Origin: Cenarchaeum sp.
GTDB taxonomy: Archaea > Thermoproteota > Nitrososphaeria > Nitrososphaerales > Nitrosopumilaceae
Length of the DNA stretch: 64,000 bases
Reading direction: 5' to 3'
NCBI GenBank assembly: GCA_965242695.1
Contig: CBDESU010000001.1
Span: forward strand, 736,001-800,000
Each line of letters opens with the position of its first letter. Position 1 is the stretch's first letter. Position numbers and translations under genes: made by a program. Positions 1 through 9,770 of this stretch are shown one piece after another. A model generated the notes under the pieces. That model saw only the letters and a list, made by a program, of their open reading frames with translations. It made no database searches and had not been told where the DNA came from.

Positions 1-394
1 CCACGGCGGCGTCGATGTCGCGGTTTGACGAGACGGTAAAGCGCCGGCCGTACTTTCTTCCTGCCCCTGCGCCCCTCTTGCCCCTGCCGGATGCCCCGCC
101 GGGCCCCGCGCCGAGCAGCACATAGTCCGCGCCGGCCGAGCCGTGCAGCGTAAGGAGCGACGATCCGTCCGGCAGTACGGAGGGATCGACGGCGGCTGCG
201 CGCGCGCCGGCCGCCTCTGCCCCTGCAAGAAACTCTGCCATCCTTGACCTTGGAACCGACGGCTTGACGATGAGCAGCTTGCCGGGGGCGGCGGGTTTGC
301 CGCTTTTGCGGCCACTGGTTCCGCTTGGGGCGCCGCGGCGCGCGCCCTTTCCGGACGCCCCGCGCCCTCCCTTACCGCTTCTCTTGCTCGCCAA
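1..394 (-). CDS. aroB': 3-dehydroquinate synthase II, N-terminal part (runs off the window start)
   Basis: Manual translation from TTG at 394 (MASKRSGK...KLLIVKPSVPRSRMAEFLAGAEAAG...KYGRRFTVSSNRDIDAAV). It overlaps the stop of the upstream aldolase, matching the usual archaeal aroA'-aroB' order. Not in the ORF track. Confidence 0.7.
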   Translation of the reverse strand, partial: MASKRSGKGGRGASGKGARRGAPSGTSGRKSGKPAAPGKLLIVKPSVPRSRMAEFLAGAEAAGARAAAVDPSVLPDGSSLLTLHGSAGADYVLLGAGPGGASGRGKRGAGAGRKYGRRFTVSSNRDIDAAV

Positions 395-1172
395 GCCTGG
401 CTGCCGCCTCCGTTGCCTTTACGCCCTTGAATATGACCGCCGCTAGCGCCTGCACCATCCTTGGCGGGCTCTTGTGCGCGAATATGTTGCGCCCGTACGT
501 GACGCCGGACGCCCCGGCGCCCATCGCATCCTCGGTCATCCGGAGCAGGTCCAGGTCGGTCTCGCACTTTGGACCGCCCGCAATGACGACGGGGACGGGA
601 GTGGAGCGCACCACGCGGGCGAACGACTCCCTCTCGCCGGTGTACACGGTCTTTACGATGTCGGCGCCGCACTCTGCGCCGATGCGGGCCGCATGCGCGA
701 CGGTCTCGGGGTCGTGCGGATCCCTCACATTCTCGCCGCGCGGGTACATCATGGCAAGCAGCGGCATGCCCCACGCGTCGCACCGCTCTGCCGTCGCGCC
801 GAGCTGCGCGAGCATCTCGGGCTCTTCCTTGCCGCCGACGTTGACATGCAGCGAGACTCCGTCGGCGCCGAGCCGGACTGCCTCCTCTACCGTCCCTGTG
901 AGCATCTTGCGGTTGGGGGCCGTCGACAGCGATGTGCTAGACGAAAAGTGGACGAGCACGCCGGCCGAGCGGGGGGGCCGCTCCAGGGCCCTTGCCACCC
1001 CCTTGTTGAGGATGAACGCCGTGACGCCCATGCCGTCGCAGCCCTCGACGACCTTGGCCGGCTCCTCCAGCCCCTCGATGGGGCCGTTCGAGACGCCGTG
1101 GTCCATCGGTATCCCGAGCATGCGCCCCCTGCGCATTATGCGCGACATGCGCACTGACCTGCCGTCCGCCAC
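372..1172 (-). CDS. aroA': 2-amino-3,7-dideoxy-D-threo-hept-6-ulosonate synthase (DhnA-type class I aldolase)
   Basis: PMDHGVSNGP, GADGVSLHVNVG, LLAMMYPRG, GADIVKTVYTG (Schiff-base Lys) and GVTYGRNIF; AT-rich TATA at ~1195-1203. Confidence 0.9.
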   Translation of the reverse strand: MADGRSVRMSRIMRRGRMLGIPMDHGVSNGPIEGLEEPAKVVEGCDGMGVTAFILNKGVARALERPPRSAGVLVHFSSSTSLSTAPNRKMLTGTVEEAVRLGADGVSLHVNVGGKEEPEMLAQLGATAERCDAWGMPLLAMMYPRGENVRDPHDPETVAHAARIGAECGADIVKTVYTGERESFARVVRSTPVPVVIAGGPKCETDLDLLRMTEDAMGAGASGVTYGRNIFAHKSPPRMVQALAAVIFKGVKATEAAARLGEQEKR

Positions 1173-1292
1173 GGGCGCGCCCCCGCCCCGCCCTAATTAA
1201 AAACTGCCCCCCGCGCGCGGCGGGGTGGCTCCGCCTGCCGCCGATCCTGCGGCGATCCTGCGGGATTCCACGCGGCTGCGGTGCGCCTACCG

Positions 1293-1916
1293 TCATGGGA
1301 ATGCAGGCTGCGGCTGTTCTGCGAGCCGATCGATGACGGCGTGCGCCTCGGCGTACTGTTCGCTGAACGCTAGGCAGACCATCTTGTGCGACAGGACGAG
1401 CCGCGCGTCGCCCTTCTCTGCGCCAAGGAGCCGGTCGTACACCCGAATCGCGGCCTTGTAGTGACCAAAGTTTTCCAGCACGATCCCCGCATTCCACAGC
1501 GCGCCCGCATCGCAGGACGGGTCGCGAAGCCCCTCGACCGACTGCCTTATGTGCGCCTCTGCCCTTTCTAGGTCTTCCATGCCGTGCCCGACATATACAG
1601 GGCTGGAGATCCTTCCGTTTGCGATGGACGGAAACCGCGGCATCCTGCCAATGCGCAGGCCGCCGCCCAATGACAGCCACGGCAAAAAATACGACTTCAT
1701 CGACGCTGGGCCGCGGCCATGCGCCTCGCTTGCTCCCTTCCATTTCTCGACCAGACTTGACCACGCTTGCCTGCTTTCGGGATTGCTGTCGAATGCGAGC
1801 CAGCTGTCCGCGACCTGCTCCGCCTCTTTATCCATGCGCCGATCTAACAGCAAGCCCACCGTGTCCCGCTCTTCGACAAGCTCTTCGAGCATGACGGCAA
1901 GCTCCAGCTCGTTGCG
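1293..1916 (-). pseudogene. 3' part (TPR-containing) of a Doc/Fic-TPR gene interrupted by IS630
   Basis: Reads RNELELAVMLEEL... from the IS junction. TPR-like ALWNAGIVLENFGHYKAAIRVYDRLL. Joins in frame to 3383..3768 once the IS is removed. Confidence 0.8.
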
Positions 1917-3382
1917 TAGTAAACGAGTCTAAAGATGAGAGAATGCAGGGGGGCAGGTGGCCGTGGCCTGCCGGGGCGGCATACATTAAAAACACGGTGT
2001 AGATCGCTGCCGGGCAATGAGAATAAGTAAGGAGATACCCAAGGGCGGAAAGCTTTTGATCAACTATCCCGTGGGCAAGCTAAAGAAGATGCTCAAGAAG
2101 GAAACCAACAGGACAAAGGCAGACCGCATCAAGGCATGCATAAAACGCAAGAAGGGCATGGAGATTCCGGCCATTGCGGCCGAGCTAGAGGTACCATACT
2201 CGACCGTGCACCGTTGGCTGCTGGCCGTTGCGCGCGAGGGCCCCTCAGCCCTAGACCTCAAGAAGAGGCAGGGCGCAAGGTGCCGCCTTGACGACGACCA
2301 GTGCAGGAAGCTGTACGAGATAGTCGAGGAGGGCCCCGCCAAGCACGGCTATTCGGGCGACGCGTGGACGGCGCGGCGTCTGATTCCCGTCGTCAAGAGG
2401 GAGTTCAAGGTGGACTACGGCGTGCGCGGGATGCAGCTGTTGCTGCACCGCATCGGGCTGTCCAGCAGGGTTCCGCGGCCGCGGCACCCCAAGGCGGCCA
2501 CCAAGAAGGAAATGGCCAGGTTCAAGCGCAGGGTCGCCGCCATGAGGGGGTGGCGGAAGGGCTGCTCGGTTTGCATGATCGACTCGGCCTCGCTCATCGC
2601 GGGGTGGAACATGCAGCGCGGCTGGTACCCGACCGGAAAGACGCGGTTTGCGCCCGTCACGCTGTCCCGCAAGAGGACCCACATGCTCGGCGCCCTGTAC
2701 GACGGGGAGCTGGACATAGAGTTCTTTGACAAGATCAACAGCGAAGCCATCGAGTGGTTCCTGCGCAAGCAGCTGGCCCGCAGGGAGTGGGTCATGGCGA
2801 TCCTCGACAACGCATCGGCCCACCATGCAGGCAACATTGAGAGCCTGGAGGAAGAGTTCGGCGGCCGCCTGGTCCTCGTGTACCTGCCGCCGTACACGCC
2901 CGAGCTCAACTCGATCGAGATCCAGTGGCGCGTGATACGCAAGGCGATTGCCAACATCGCGTTTGCCGACACCGAAGCCCTGAAGAAGGGCGTGCGCAAG
3001 GTTCTGCTGAGCGACGACGCCCTGATCGTGCCGATCGCCTCGTATGCAAGGGACAAGAACAGGCCGAGGCCGCGCCGCTGCACCGTCAGGGTGGAAAAAA
3101 AGGTCGTGCACTCTCCGTACTACAACTGATCCGCGCGCTGGCATCACACGCGCCGCCGCGGGACGCGCGGCGGGCCCGCGGCCCCGAACCTTCCTGCCAA
3201 TTTCAGGTCGATTTCCCCTGCAGTGTCACCCCAAAATGTTCCTGCGCCATAAAATTGGTGGCCCCTGCCCGTTTGGCGACATTCGGGCGGTTTTTTGCCT
3301 CGTTGACGCCAAAATTGCCGTCTATTGGCCGCTACAACCAAGATTTGTCCCCGTATACTCTCATTCCCTAACTCGTTTACTA
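1917..3382 (+). mobile_element. IS630-family insertion sequence (1466 bp) with imperfect terminal inverted repeats, flanked by CG/CG
   Basis: Left end TAGTAAACGAGTCTAAAGATGAGAGAAT; right end reverse-complemented TAGTAAACGAGTTAGGGAATGAGAGTAT. Contains a transposase and splits a Doc gene. Confidence 0.9.
2017..3129 (+). CDS. IS630-family transposase
   Basis: N-terminal HTH (IPAIAAELEVPYSTVHRWL), WTARRL wHTH, and DDE motifs MIDSAS / ILDNASAH / YLPPYTPELNSIEIQW; a single uninterrupted ORF. Confidence 0.95.
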   Translation: MRISKEIPKGGKLLINYPVGKLKKMLKKETNRTKADRIKACIKRKKGMEIPAIAAELEVPYSTVHRWLLAVAREGPSALDLKKRQGARCRLDDDQCRKLYEIVEEGPAKHGYSGDAWTARRLIPVVKREFKVDYGVRGMQLLLHRIGLSSRVPRPRHPKAATKKEMARFKRRVAAMRGWRKGCSVCMIDSASLIAGWNMQRGWYPTGKTRFAPVTLSRKRTHMLGALYDGELDIEFFDKINSEAIEWFLRKQLARREWVMAILDNASAHHAGNIESLEEEFGGRLVLVYLPPYTPELNSIEIQWRVIRKAIANIAFADTEALKKGVRKVLLSDDALIVPIASYARDKNRPRPRRCTVRVEKKVVHSPYYN

Positions 3383-3768
3383 CGGGCGATGTGCGTCTTG
3401 AACCATGCGGCTATCTCCTCGGACATACTGTCGTCTGCATCCATGGCGCAGTCGACGGCCATCCTTGCCGCCTTGAGCGGAACCACAAGGGTGGCCCCGT
3501 TGATGTTTGCGAGGTATTCTGCGGCCATGACGGACGCCCGCTTGTTGCCGTCCGTGAGGGTGTGCGACTTGCACAGCGTCTCCATCAGGACGGCTGCCTT
3601 TTGGTGCATCTCTGGATACAGCACCCTGCCGTGAAGCGACATGCGGGGCTTGTCCAAGGCAAAGCCGAGCTGGCCCTCGTTGAGGACGGATACGTTGGTA
3701 TCGAAATTGTTGTTTAGGTTGCTGATCACCCCGTCCATGTCCTGGCGCGTCAGATCGCGCACGGTCAT
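3383..3768 (-). pseudogene. 5' part of a death-on-curing (Doc/Fic) toxin gene interrupted by IS630
   Basis: LYPEMHQKAAVLMETLCKSHTLTDGNKRAS is a Doc-type H-x3-DGNKR motif; the frame runs into the IS end. Confidence 0.85.
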
Positions 3769-4045
3769 GGCGATGCCGCCCCCCTCTTGGAAATCGCGCG
3801 CTGGCGCGAGACCCCGTGCGGTTCCTGCGCAGGGCCGCGCCGGCCGAGTGGCCGAGCCGCGTGGAGGTGATCCCCGTGGCAGATCGGACCGGCACGGGCG
3901 GCGCAGCCGCCCAGGCTTCCGACTGCGCTGTCATGTCCTGCCAACTGCTCACCTGTTGCCGCATTTGCAATCGCGTCCGCATCTTGGCAACACGGCTGCA
4001 ACCTTCCACGCTTTGACGTGCCCGCTGTTGTGCAATGCCGCGTTG

Positions 4046-4282
4046 TCATAGCTGTGCCAACCTGTCGTAGACGATAGAGCTCCTCAAGTACAACTTTTGC
4101 AGGATAACACTCTTGTGCTTGTCCGTCATCCTGTCGGGGTCCAGCGGCTCGAGCGGCTCCCACAGCCGTATGTACTCGTCCGTGTACATCTCCTTTGGAG
4201 CCTCTTCCCCTGCCGACTTTTCTTCTGATGCATCCGCCGGCACGGTGCTGGCATTGTCGCCCTGCGGCGCCTCGGTAGCCAT
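4046..4282 (-). CDS. Small Doc-associated protein, putative antitoxin (type B copy)
   Basis: One of four paralogues sharing MYTD..IR.W.PL.PLD.DRMT...YxRLAxL; AT-rich promoter at ~4304-4311. Confidence 0.6.
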   Translation of the reverse strand: MATEAPQGDNASTVPADASEEKSAGEEAPKEMYTDEYIRLWEPLEPLDPDRMTDKHKSVILQKLYLRSSIVYDRLAQL

Positions 4283-4425
4283 GTGGGCCGCCCCGCCTAG
4301 GGGTTAAAAAACCCTTTGATTGTATTTAAAAGCCTGATGGGGCGAGGGGGGGGGGGCACGGCCGCGGCGGATGTCGGTGTGCGCCGTTGCCAAGGCTGCC
4401 GCCGTCACCGCCGCATGCGGGCGGG

Positions 4426-4533
4426 GCTGGCGTGCATGCGATCGCAGGTGGCATGCGACGACTGGCTGCCCCTTATGGGCAGGAGCAGGTGCTGGCGTGC
4501 ATGCGATCGCAGGTGGCATGCGACGACTGGCTG
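4426..4533. repeat. 43-bp direct repeat x2 (GCTGGCGTGCATGCGATCGCAGGTGGCATGCGACGACTGGCTG)
   Basis: Copies at 4426 and 4491; only one copy in the sister unit near 6096. Confidence 0.8.
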
Positions 4534-4586
4534 ACAGACGGTTCGCAGAGTGCGCCCCTGCATGCCGCCTGCCAGGTGCCATGCGG

Positions 4587-4757
4587 TCATAGCTCGGCCA
4601 GCCGGTTGTAGACGACTGCATTCCGCCTCAGCATCTTTTCGACGATCATCCTTTTTTGCTTCGGCGTCATCCTGTCGCGGTCTAGCGGATCGAGCGGTGC
4701 CCATCTCCTGATCTCGTCGTCGGTGTACATCCCTGCTGACGATTCCTCGCTTACCAT
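4587..4757 (-). CDS. Small Doc-associated protein, putative antitoxin (type A copy)
   Basis: MVSEESSAGMYTDDEIRRWAPLDPLDRDRMTPKQKRMIVEKMLRRNAVVYNRLAEL; paralogue of 6192..6416. The ORF track fuses it to the Doc remnant. Confidence 0.6.
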   Translation of the reverse strand: MVSEESSAGMYTDDEIRRWAPLDPLDRDRMTPKQKRMIVEKMLRRNAVVYNRLAEL

Positions 4758-4999
4758 GCCGCCCGTGAACCGGGTCTCGTAATAAACCCTGTGATGATGC
4801 GCGACGTGCGTGCTACGTGAGGTCTGATGTACGGTACATGTTCCGGCAGGCGGGGGTGATTTGGCGAGCGACTTGACGGCGGGCCGCGTAGCGGCCATGT
4901 CGACTAGGCCGGAGGGCATTTGGCGATCGTCGAGCGGCTTGCAGGGAGGCGGTGCGGAAGGGCGTGGCCGGTTGCAGGTAGATGGCGCCGATCGAGCCG

Positions 5000-5444
5000 C
5001 GACCATGCCTAGCCCATCGACAAGCCCCACGAGCATGACTGCGAGCTCTGACCCGTCGCGTGTGATGTGCGTCTTGAACCGGGCGGCTATCTCCTCGGAC
5101 ATACTGTCGTCTGCATCCATGGCGCAGTCGACTGCCATCCTTGCCGCCTTGAGCGGAACCACGAGGGTGGCTCCGTTGATGCTTGCGAGGTATTCTGCGG
5201 CCATGACGGACGCCCGCTTGTTGCCGTCCGTGAGGGTGTGCGACTTGCACAGCGTCTCCATCAGGACGGCGGCCTTTTGGCGCATCTCTGGATACAGCAC
5301 CCTGCCGCGAAGCGACATGCGGGGCTTGTCCAAGGCAAAACCGAGCTGGCCCTAGTTGAGGATGAACACGTTGGCATCGAAGCTGTAGTTTAGGTTGTTG
5401 ATCACCTCGCTCATGTCTTGGCGAGTCATGTCCAGCATTGCCAT
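5000..5444 (-). pseudogene. Second Doc/Fic copy with an in-frame TAG and no TPR half
   Basis: Near-identical to 3383..3768 (MAMLDMTRQDMSEVINNLN...ILN*GQLGFALDKPR...HTLTDGNKRAS). TAG at 5352-5354 replaces GAG; similarity ends after ELAVML, so the lower boundary is approximate. Confidence 0.8.
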
Positions 5445-5724
5445 GGCGACTGCACCTTCCTCTGTCCGGAGGCGTTGCACGGGAGCCGCACGTCATGCGG
5501 TTTCTGCACACGCCCTCGTGAGCTGTAGGCTTGGGACACGTGACAGCACACTTGCTTGCCAATTGGACGGGTGCAGGCTGCGTCGCCTGCGTTGCATACG
5601 GCCCGCCTGTCCAACCGGGTAGATCTTCTCCCCGCCATCATTCTCCCGATCATGCGTACAACTTGTCGGCACGGCGGCAACCTGCCATACTTTGACATGC
5701 CGACAGCTGCACAATGCCGAGCTG

Positions 5725-5955
5725 TCATAGTTCTGCCAGCCTATCGTAGACGGGAGCGCTTCTCAGGTACAACTTTCTTAGAATGGCCCTCTTGTGAGCG
5801 GGGGTCATCCTGTCTGGATCCAGCGGCTCAAGCGGCTCCCACAGCCGTATGTACTCGTCCGTGTACATCTCCTTTGATGCCTCTTCCACTGCCGACTTCG
5901 ATGCATCCGCCAGCACGGTGCTGGCATTGTCGTCCTGCGGCGCCTTGGTGGCCAT
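5725..5955 (-). CDS. Small Doc-associated protein, putative antitoxin (type B copy)
   Basis: Paralogue of 4046..4282, ending LYLRSAPVYDRLAEL. Confidence 0.6.
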   Translation of the reverse strand: MATKAPQDDNASTVLADASKSAVEEASKEMYTDEYIRLWEPLEPLDPDRMTPAHKRAILRKLYLRSAPVYDRLAEL

Positions 5956-6191
5956 GGGGGCCGCCCCGCCTAGGGGCTAAAAGACCCTTTGATTGCATTT
6001 AAAGGCCTGATGGGGCGAAGGGAGGGGGCGGCCGTGGCGGATGTCGGCGTGCACCATTGCCAACACTGCCGCCGCCACCGCCGCATGCGAGCGGGGCTGG
6101 CGTGCATGCGATCGCAGGTGGCATACGGCGACTGCCTGACAGGCGATCCGTAGAGTGCGCCTCTGAATGCCGCCCGCCAGGGGCCATGCGG

Positions 6192-6416
6192 TCATAGCTC
6201 GGCCAGCCGGTTGTAGACGACGGCGTTCCTCTTCAGCATCTTTTCGGCGATCGCCCTCCTGTGCGCGTCCGTCATCCTGTCGGGATCCAGCGGCTCAAGC
6301 GGCTCCCACCGCCGTATGTAGTCGTCCGTGTACATCTCCTTTGCCGTCTCTTCCACTGCCGGTTCCCCCTCTGGCGCGTCCGCAGCACTGTCCCCCTGTG
6401 GTGCCTCAATAGCCAT
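6192..6416 (-). CDS. Small Doc-associated protein, putative antitoxin (type A copy)
   Basis: Ends EKMLKRNAVVYNRLAEL; T-rich promoter at ~6439-6446. Confidence 0.6.
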   Translation of the reverse strand: MAIEAPQGDSAADAPEGEPAVEETAKEMYTDDYIRRWEPLEPLDPDRMTDAHRRAIAEKMLKRNAVVYNRLAEL

Positions 6417-6641
6417 GCCGGCCGTGCCCGTGTGGCACTAAAAAAGATACTCTGCCCCCTTCAGGGGCTGGCCGTTCCACCCGTGCAATCGACGCCCTGC
6501 CGCCCGGCCAGGGCGCCAGCCCGCCGGTCGCGATCATGTGCGGGCTGCGCGGGCGGATGCCGCCCGCTGACCGCCAAGACTGGCCGCACTCCCGCGCACA
6601 GTAGATATAGCCGCCGCCGGCGGCATGCCACGTTGGGCCGG

Positions 6642-7793
6642 ATGGACGACATGCTGCGCGGCAGCGGGATCGCCGACATACTGGAGGCGGCCCTCGCCGG
6701 CTCGCCTCCCGACGCCGACGGGCGCCGCCGCCTCGTCGAGTCCGGCGAGGTCCACCTCATGGGCATGGCCGCCGCCGAGCTTGCGCGCCGCAGGTTCGGC
6801 AGGCGCGCGACGTACGTCAACAACATCATCCTCAACTACACGAACGTGTGCGTGACGGACTGCAAGTTCTGCGCGTTCTACCGGCCGCCGGGCGCCGAAG
6901 GGGCGTACACGCTGACGCTCGACGAGATCGACGCGCGCGTGCGGACGGCCCGCGAGATGTTCCGCATAACGCAGGTTCTGATCCAGGGCGGCCACAACCC
7001 CGAGCTCGGCATCGAGTACTACGAGGACGCGTTCCGCATGATCCGATCCCGCTACCCCGAGGTGGGCGTGCACGGCCTGTCGGCGTCAGAGATCGACATG
7101 ATCGCCCGGGTCGAGGGGACGTCGACGCGCGAGGTCGTCTCCAGGCTCAAGGATGCCGGCCTGCAGAGCGTCCCGGGCGCCGGCGCCGAGATACTCGTCG
7201 ACAGGGTAAAGTCCGAGATCAGCCCGCTAAAGATAACGACCGCCGAGTGGCTGCGCATCATGGAGGAGGCGCACGCGGCGGGCCTGCCGGCGTCGGCTAC
7301 GATGATGTACGGCCATGTCGAGACGGCGGCCGACATGGCCGAGCACATCGGGCTGGTCGCCGAGCTCCAGGAGAGGACGGGCGGGTTCATGGCGTTCATA
7401 CCGTGGAGCTACGAGCCGAACAACACGCCGATGCAGCGCGACAACCCCGGCGCCGAGTACGGCGCCGGCGGCCTTGCGCTGCTAAAGATGATCGCCGTGT
7501 CCAGGCTGTGCCTCGACGGCCTCGTGCCGCACGTGCAGTCGTCGTGGCTCACGAACGGCGTCGGAATGGCGCAGCTGGCGCTCCAGTACGGCGCCGACGA
7601 CTTTGGGGGCACGCTGATCGGCGAAGAGGTCGTGTCGTGCACGGGCGCGCGCTCGACCGAGCTTACGAGCGACCGCGTCGTGGCGTCCATACGGCAGATC
7701 GGCTACGAGGCTGTCGAGCGGGACAACTTTTACCGGGACGTGCTGCCTCCTGTCGTGGCGTCCGCGCCGCAACGGCAGCTGCCTCAGTCGTAG
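6642..7793 (+). CDS. mqnC: CofH/MqnC-family radical SAM enzyme (probable cyclic dehypoxanthine futalosine synthase)
   Basis: NYTNVCVTDCKFCAF (CxxxCxxC), IQGGHNPEL, PGAGAEIL, ATMMYGHVET and GADDFGGTL; next to a UbiD-type decarboxylase. Start placed at ATG 6642. Confidence 0.8.
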   Translation: MDDMLRGSGIADILEAALAGSPPDADGRRRLVESGEVHLMGMAAAELARRRFGRRATYVNNIILNYTNVCVTDCKFCAFYRPPGAEGAYTLTLDEIDARVRTAREMFRITQVLIQGGHNPELGIEYYEDAFRMIRSRYPEVGVHGLSASEIDMIARVEGTSTREVVSRLKDAGLQSVPGAGAEILVDRVKSEISPLKITTAEWLRIMEEAHAAGLPASATMMYGHVETAADMAEHIGLVAELQERTGGFMAFIPWSYEPNNTPMQRDNPGAEYGAGGLALLKMIAVSRLCLDGLVPHVQSSWLTNGVGMAQLALQYGADDFGGTLIGEEVVSCTGARSTELTSDRVVASIRQIGYEAVERDNFYRDVLPPVVASAPQRQLPQS

Positions 7794-7823
7794 CAGTGCC
7801 TGCCGCTGGCACGCGGCGGCACG

Positions 7824-9344
7824 CTAGGGTGCTGACGGCCGGTGCCCAACGTCGAGGCTCCTGCCGTTCCCGCTCGCAGCGCCCCCTAGCCCGTACCCGT
7901 CCCACCTCGAGTCGACGAGCGAGACGGTCGCCGCGTCTGCCTCGACGCCCTCTTGGACGGGACGCCCGTACCCCTCCTCGGCCGTCTTTTGCGTCGCATC
8001 GATGCCCATCTTTGACCCGAGGTTGACCATGGGCGAGGCTGGGTCGAGCGTGTCCGTCGGCGCCCCGCCCACTACGACGGTGTCGCGGGCCGGATCGGCC
8101 CGCGTCGTGACTGCCCATAGCACGGAGTTGTGGTCGTGCACGTCCACGTCCCCGTCTACGACGACGATGATCTTTGTGAGGGCGAGCTGGCCGGTCCCCC
8201 ACAGGCCCATCATGACCTTTCTTGCCTGGCCGGGGTAGGTCTTGCGTATGGACACGACGGCCATGCCCTGGAACCACCCGGCGGCGGGCATTGCAAAGTC
8301 GACGACCTCGGGCTGGAGCATGCGGATCAGCGGCAGGAACGACCTGGCCGATGCGGCGCCGATGTACGCATCCTCTAGGACGGGCCTGCCGACCACGGTC
8401 GCAAGGTACACGGGACTGCGGCGCCTCATCACGCCCGTGAGGGTGAACGTCGGGAACGGCTCCTGCGGGGTGTAGTAGCCGGTGTGGTCCCCAAAGGGCC
8501 CCTCGGGCCGGAGGTCGGACAGGTCTACGTGCCCCTCTAGGACGATCTCGGCGTTGGCAGGCACCTCTAGGTCGATCGTCGCGCACTTGACGGTGCGTAT
8601 GCCGCTCTTCCTGCAGATTCCGGCGAACAGGTACTTGTCTAGGCCCTCGGGGACGGGCGCGACGCCGGCGAACACGGTGGCAGGCTCGCCGCCGATCACG
8701 ACGGCCGCCTCTATGCGATCGCCCCCTGCGCCGCCCCCGTCCGCGGCGCGGGCGAGCGCGTGCTGCGCGCCGCGCTTGTGCCTCTGCCAGTGCACGAGCA
8801 GGTGCGTGTCGTCGACGACCTGCAGGCGGTACACGCCGAGGTTGCGCACGCCCGTGCCGGGGTGCCTCGTGGCAACCATGCCGAACGTGATGAACCTGCC
8901 GGCATCGCCGGGCCACGTCCTCAGGACGGGCAGGCCGGCAAGCGACGGCGCGGCGGTCTCGACGACCTCGGTGACGGGCCCCCCCTTGCCGGGGCGCGGG
9001 AACGCATCGCCCATGCGGGACAGCTCGGGCAGCTTTCGCAGGCGGCCGAGCATGCCGTGCGGCACGTCCATGCTGGCCATCCCGGCTATGCGTTCGCCGA
9101 TCTCGGCAAAGTCGTCCGTCTCGAGGGCCATGCGCATGCGCCTGTCCGAGCCGAACGCGTTGCCCAGGACGGGCATGTCTGACCCCTCGACATCCTCGAA
9201 GAGCACGGCAGGCCCACCGGCGTACATGACGCGGCGCAGGACCTCGGCGATCTCGAGGTCGGCGCTGACCCGGGCGGCGACCCTCCTCAACTCGCCGGCC
9301 TCCTCGAGGGCCGCAATCAGCCCGCCAATGTCCTTCAGGGGCAT
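7824..9344 (-). CDS. ubiD: UbiD-family (menaquinone biosynthesis) decarboxylase
   Basis: RNLGVYRLQV, EGPFGDHTGYY, IIVVVDGDVDV, DTLDPASP and KMGIDAT motifs. Confidence 0.92.
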   Translation of the reverse strand: MPLKDIGGLIAALEEAGELRRVAARVSADLEIAEVLRRVMYAGGPAVLFEDVEGSDMPVLGNAFGSDRRMRMALETDDFAEIGERIAGMASMDVPHGMLGRLRKLPELSRMGDAFPRPGKGGPVTEVVETAAPSLAGLPVLRTWPGDAGRFITFGMVATRHPGTGVRNLGVYRLQVVDDTHLLVHWQRHKRGAQHALARAADGGGAGGDRIEAAVVIGGEPATVFAGVAPVPEGLDKYLFAGICRKSGIRTVKCATIDLEVPANAEIVLEGHVDLSDLRPEGPFGDHTGYYTPQEPFPTFTLTGVMRRRSPVYLATVVGRPVLEDAYIGAASARSFLPLIRMLQPEVVDFAMPAAGWFQGMAVVSIRKTYPGQARKVMMGLWGTGQLALTKIIVVVDGDVDVHDHNSVLWAVTTRADPARDTVVVGGAPTDTLDPASPMVNLGSKMGIDATQKTAEEGYGRPVQEGVEADAATVSLVDSRWDGYGLGGAASGNGRSLDVGHRPSAP

Positions 9345-9426
9345 GGCCGCGCGCCGAACCGTTTTCCTATAAGCTTGACGCTCGGCCGCCGCGAGCTATT
9401 TACCTGCGGCCGCCGCGCGCGCGGCG

Positions 9427-9672
9427 ATGGGCGGAAAGGACGGGAAGGCGGCGTGCGCCGTGTGCGGCGGCGGCGGCAGGATCGTGCTGCTCGGCTCGCC
9501 GTGCCCGTTCTGCAACGGCACGGGCGAGGCGACAAGGGCCGCCGAGTCGTACATGAAGTCGCACCCGTGCCAGTGCTCGCTGTACGACCGGAAGCGCTGC
9601 CCGTTGTGCGGCCGCAAGTGCCACCACGACACGCCCAACCGCCCAAAGATACTCGTCGGGCCGGCGCAGTAG
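9427..9672 (+). CDS. Small Cys-rich zinc-finger protein
   Basis: CAVCGGGG...CPFCNGTG (DnaJ-like CxxCxGxG) plus CQC...CPLCGRKCHH. Confidence 0.75.
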   Translation: MGGKDGKAACAVCGGGGRIVLLGSPCPFCNGTGEATRAAESYMKSHPCQCSLYDRKRCPLCGRKCHHDTPNRPKILVGPAQ

Positions 9673-9770
9673 GGGCGGCCCGCGGCGCCGATCCGGCCAG
9701 GGCGCGGAGGCTCTGCGGGGCATGCCGCATCCGGGCTCGGGCCCGATGCGGCCCGCGGCGCCTGTTCCCG

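Noticed and set aside
4587-5333. Doc-antitoxin fusion ORF (248 aa)
   Set aside because: It is read-through of a truncated pseudogene via non-homologous sequence into a small gene that has its own ATG (4757) and a free-standing paralogue.
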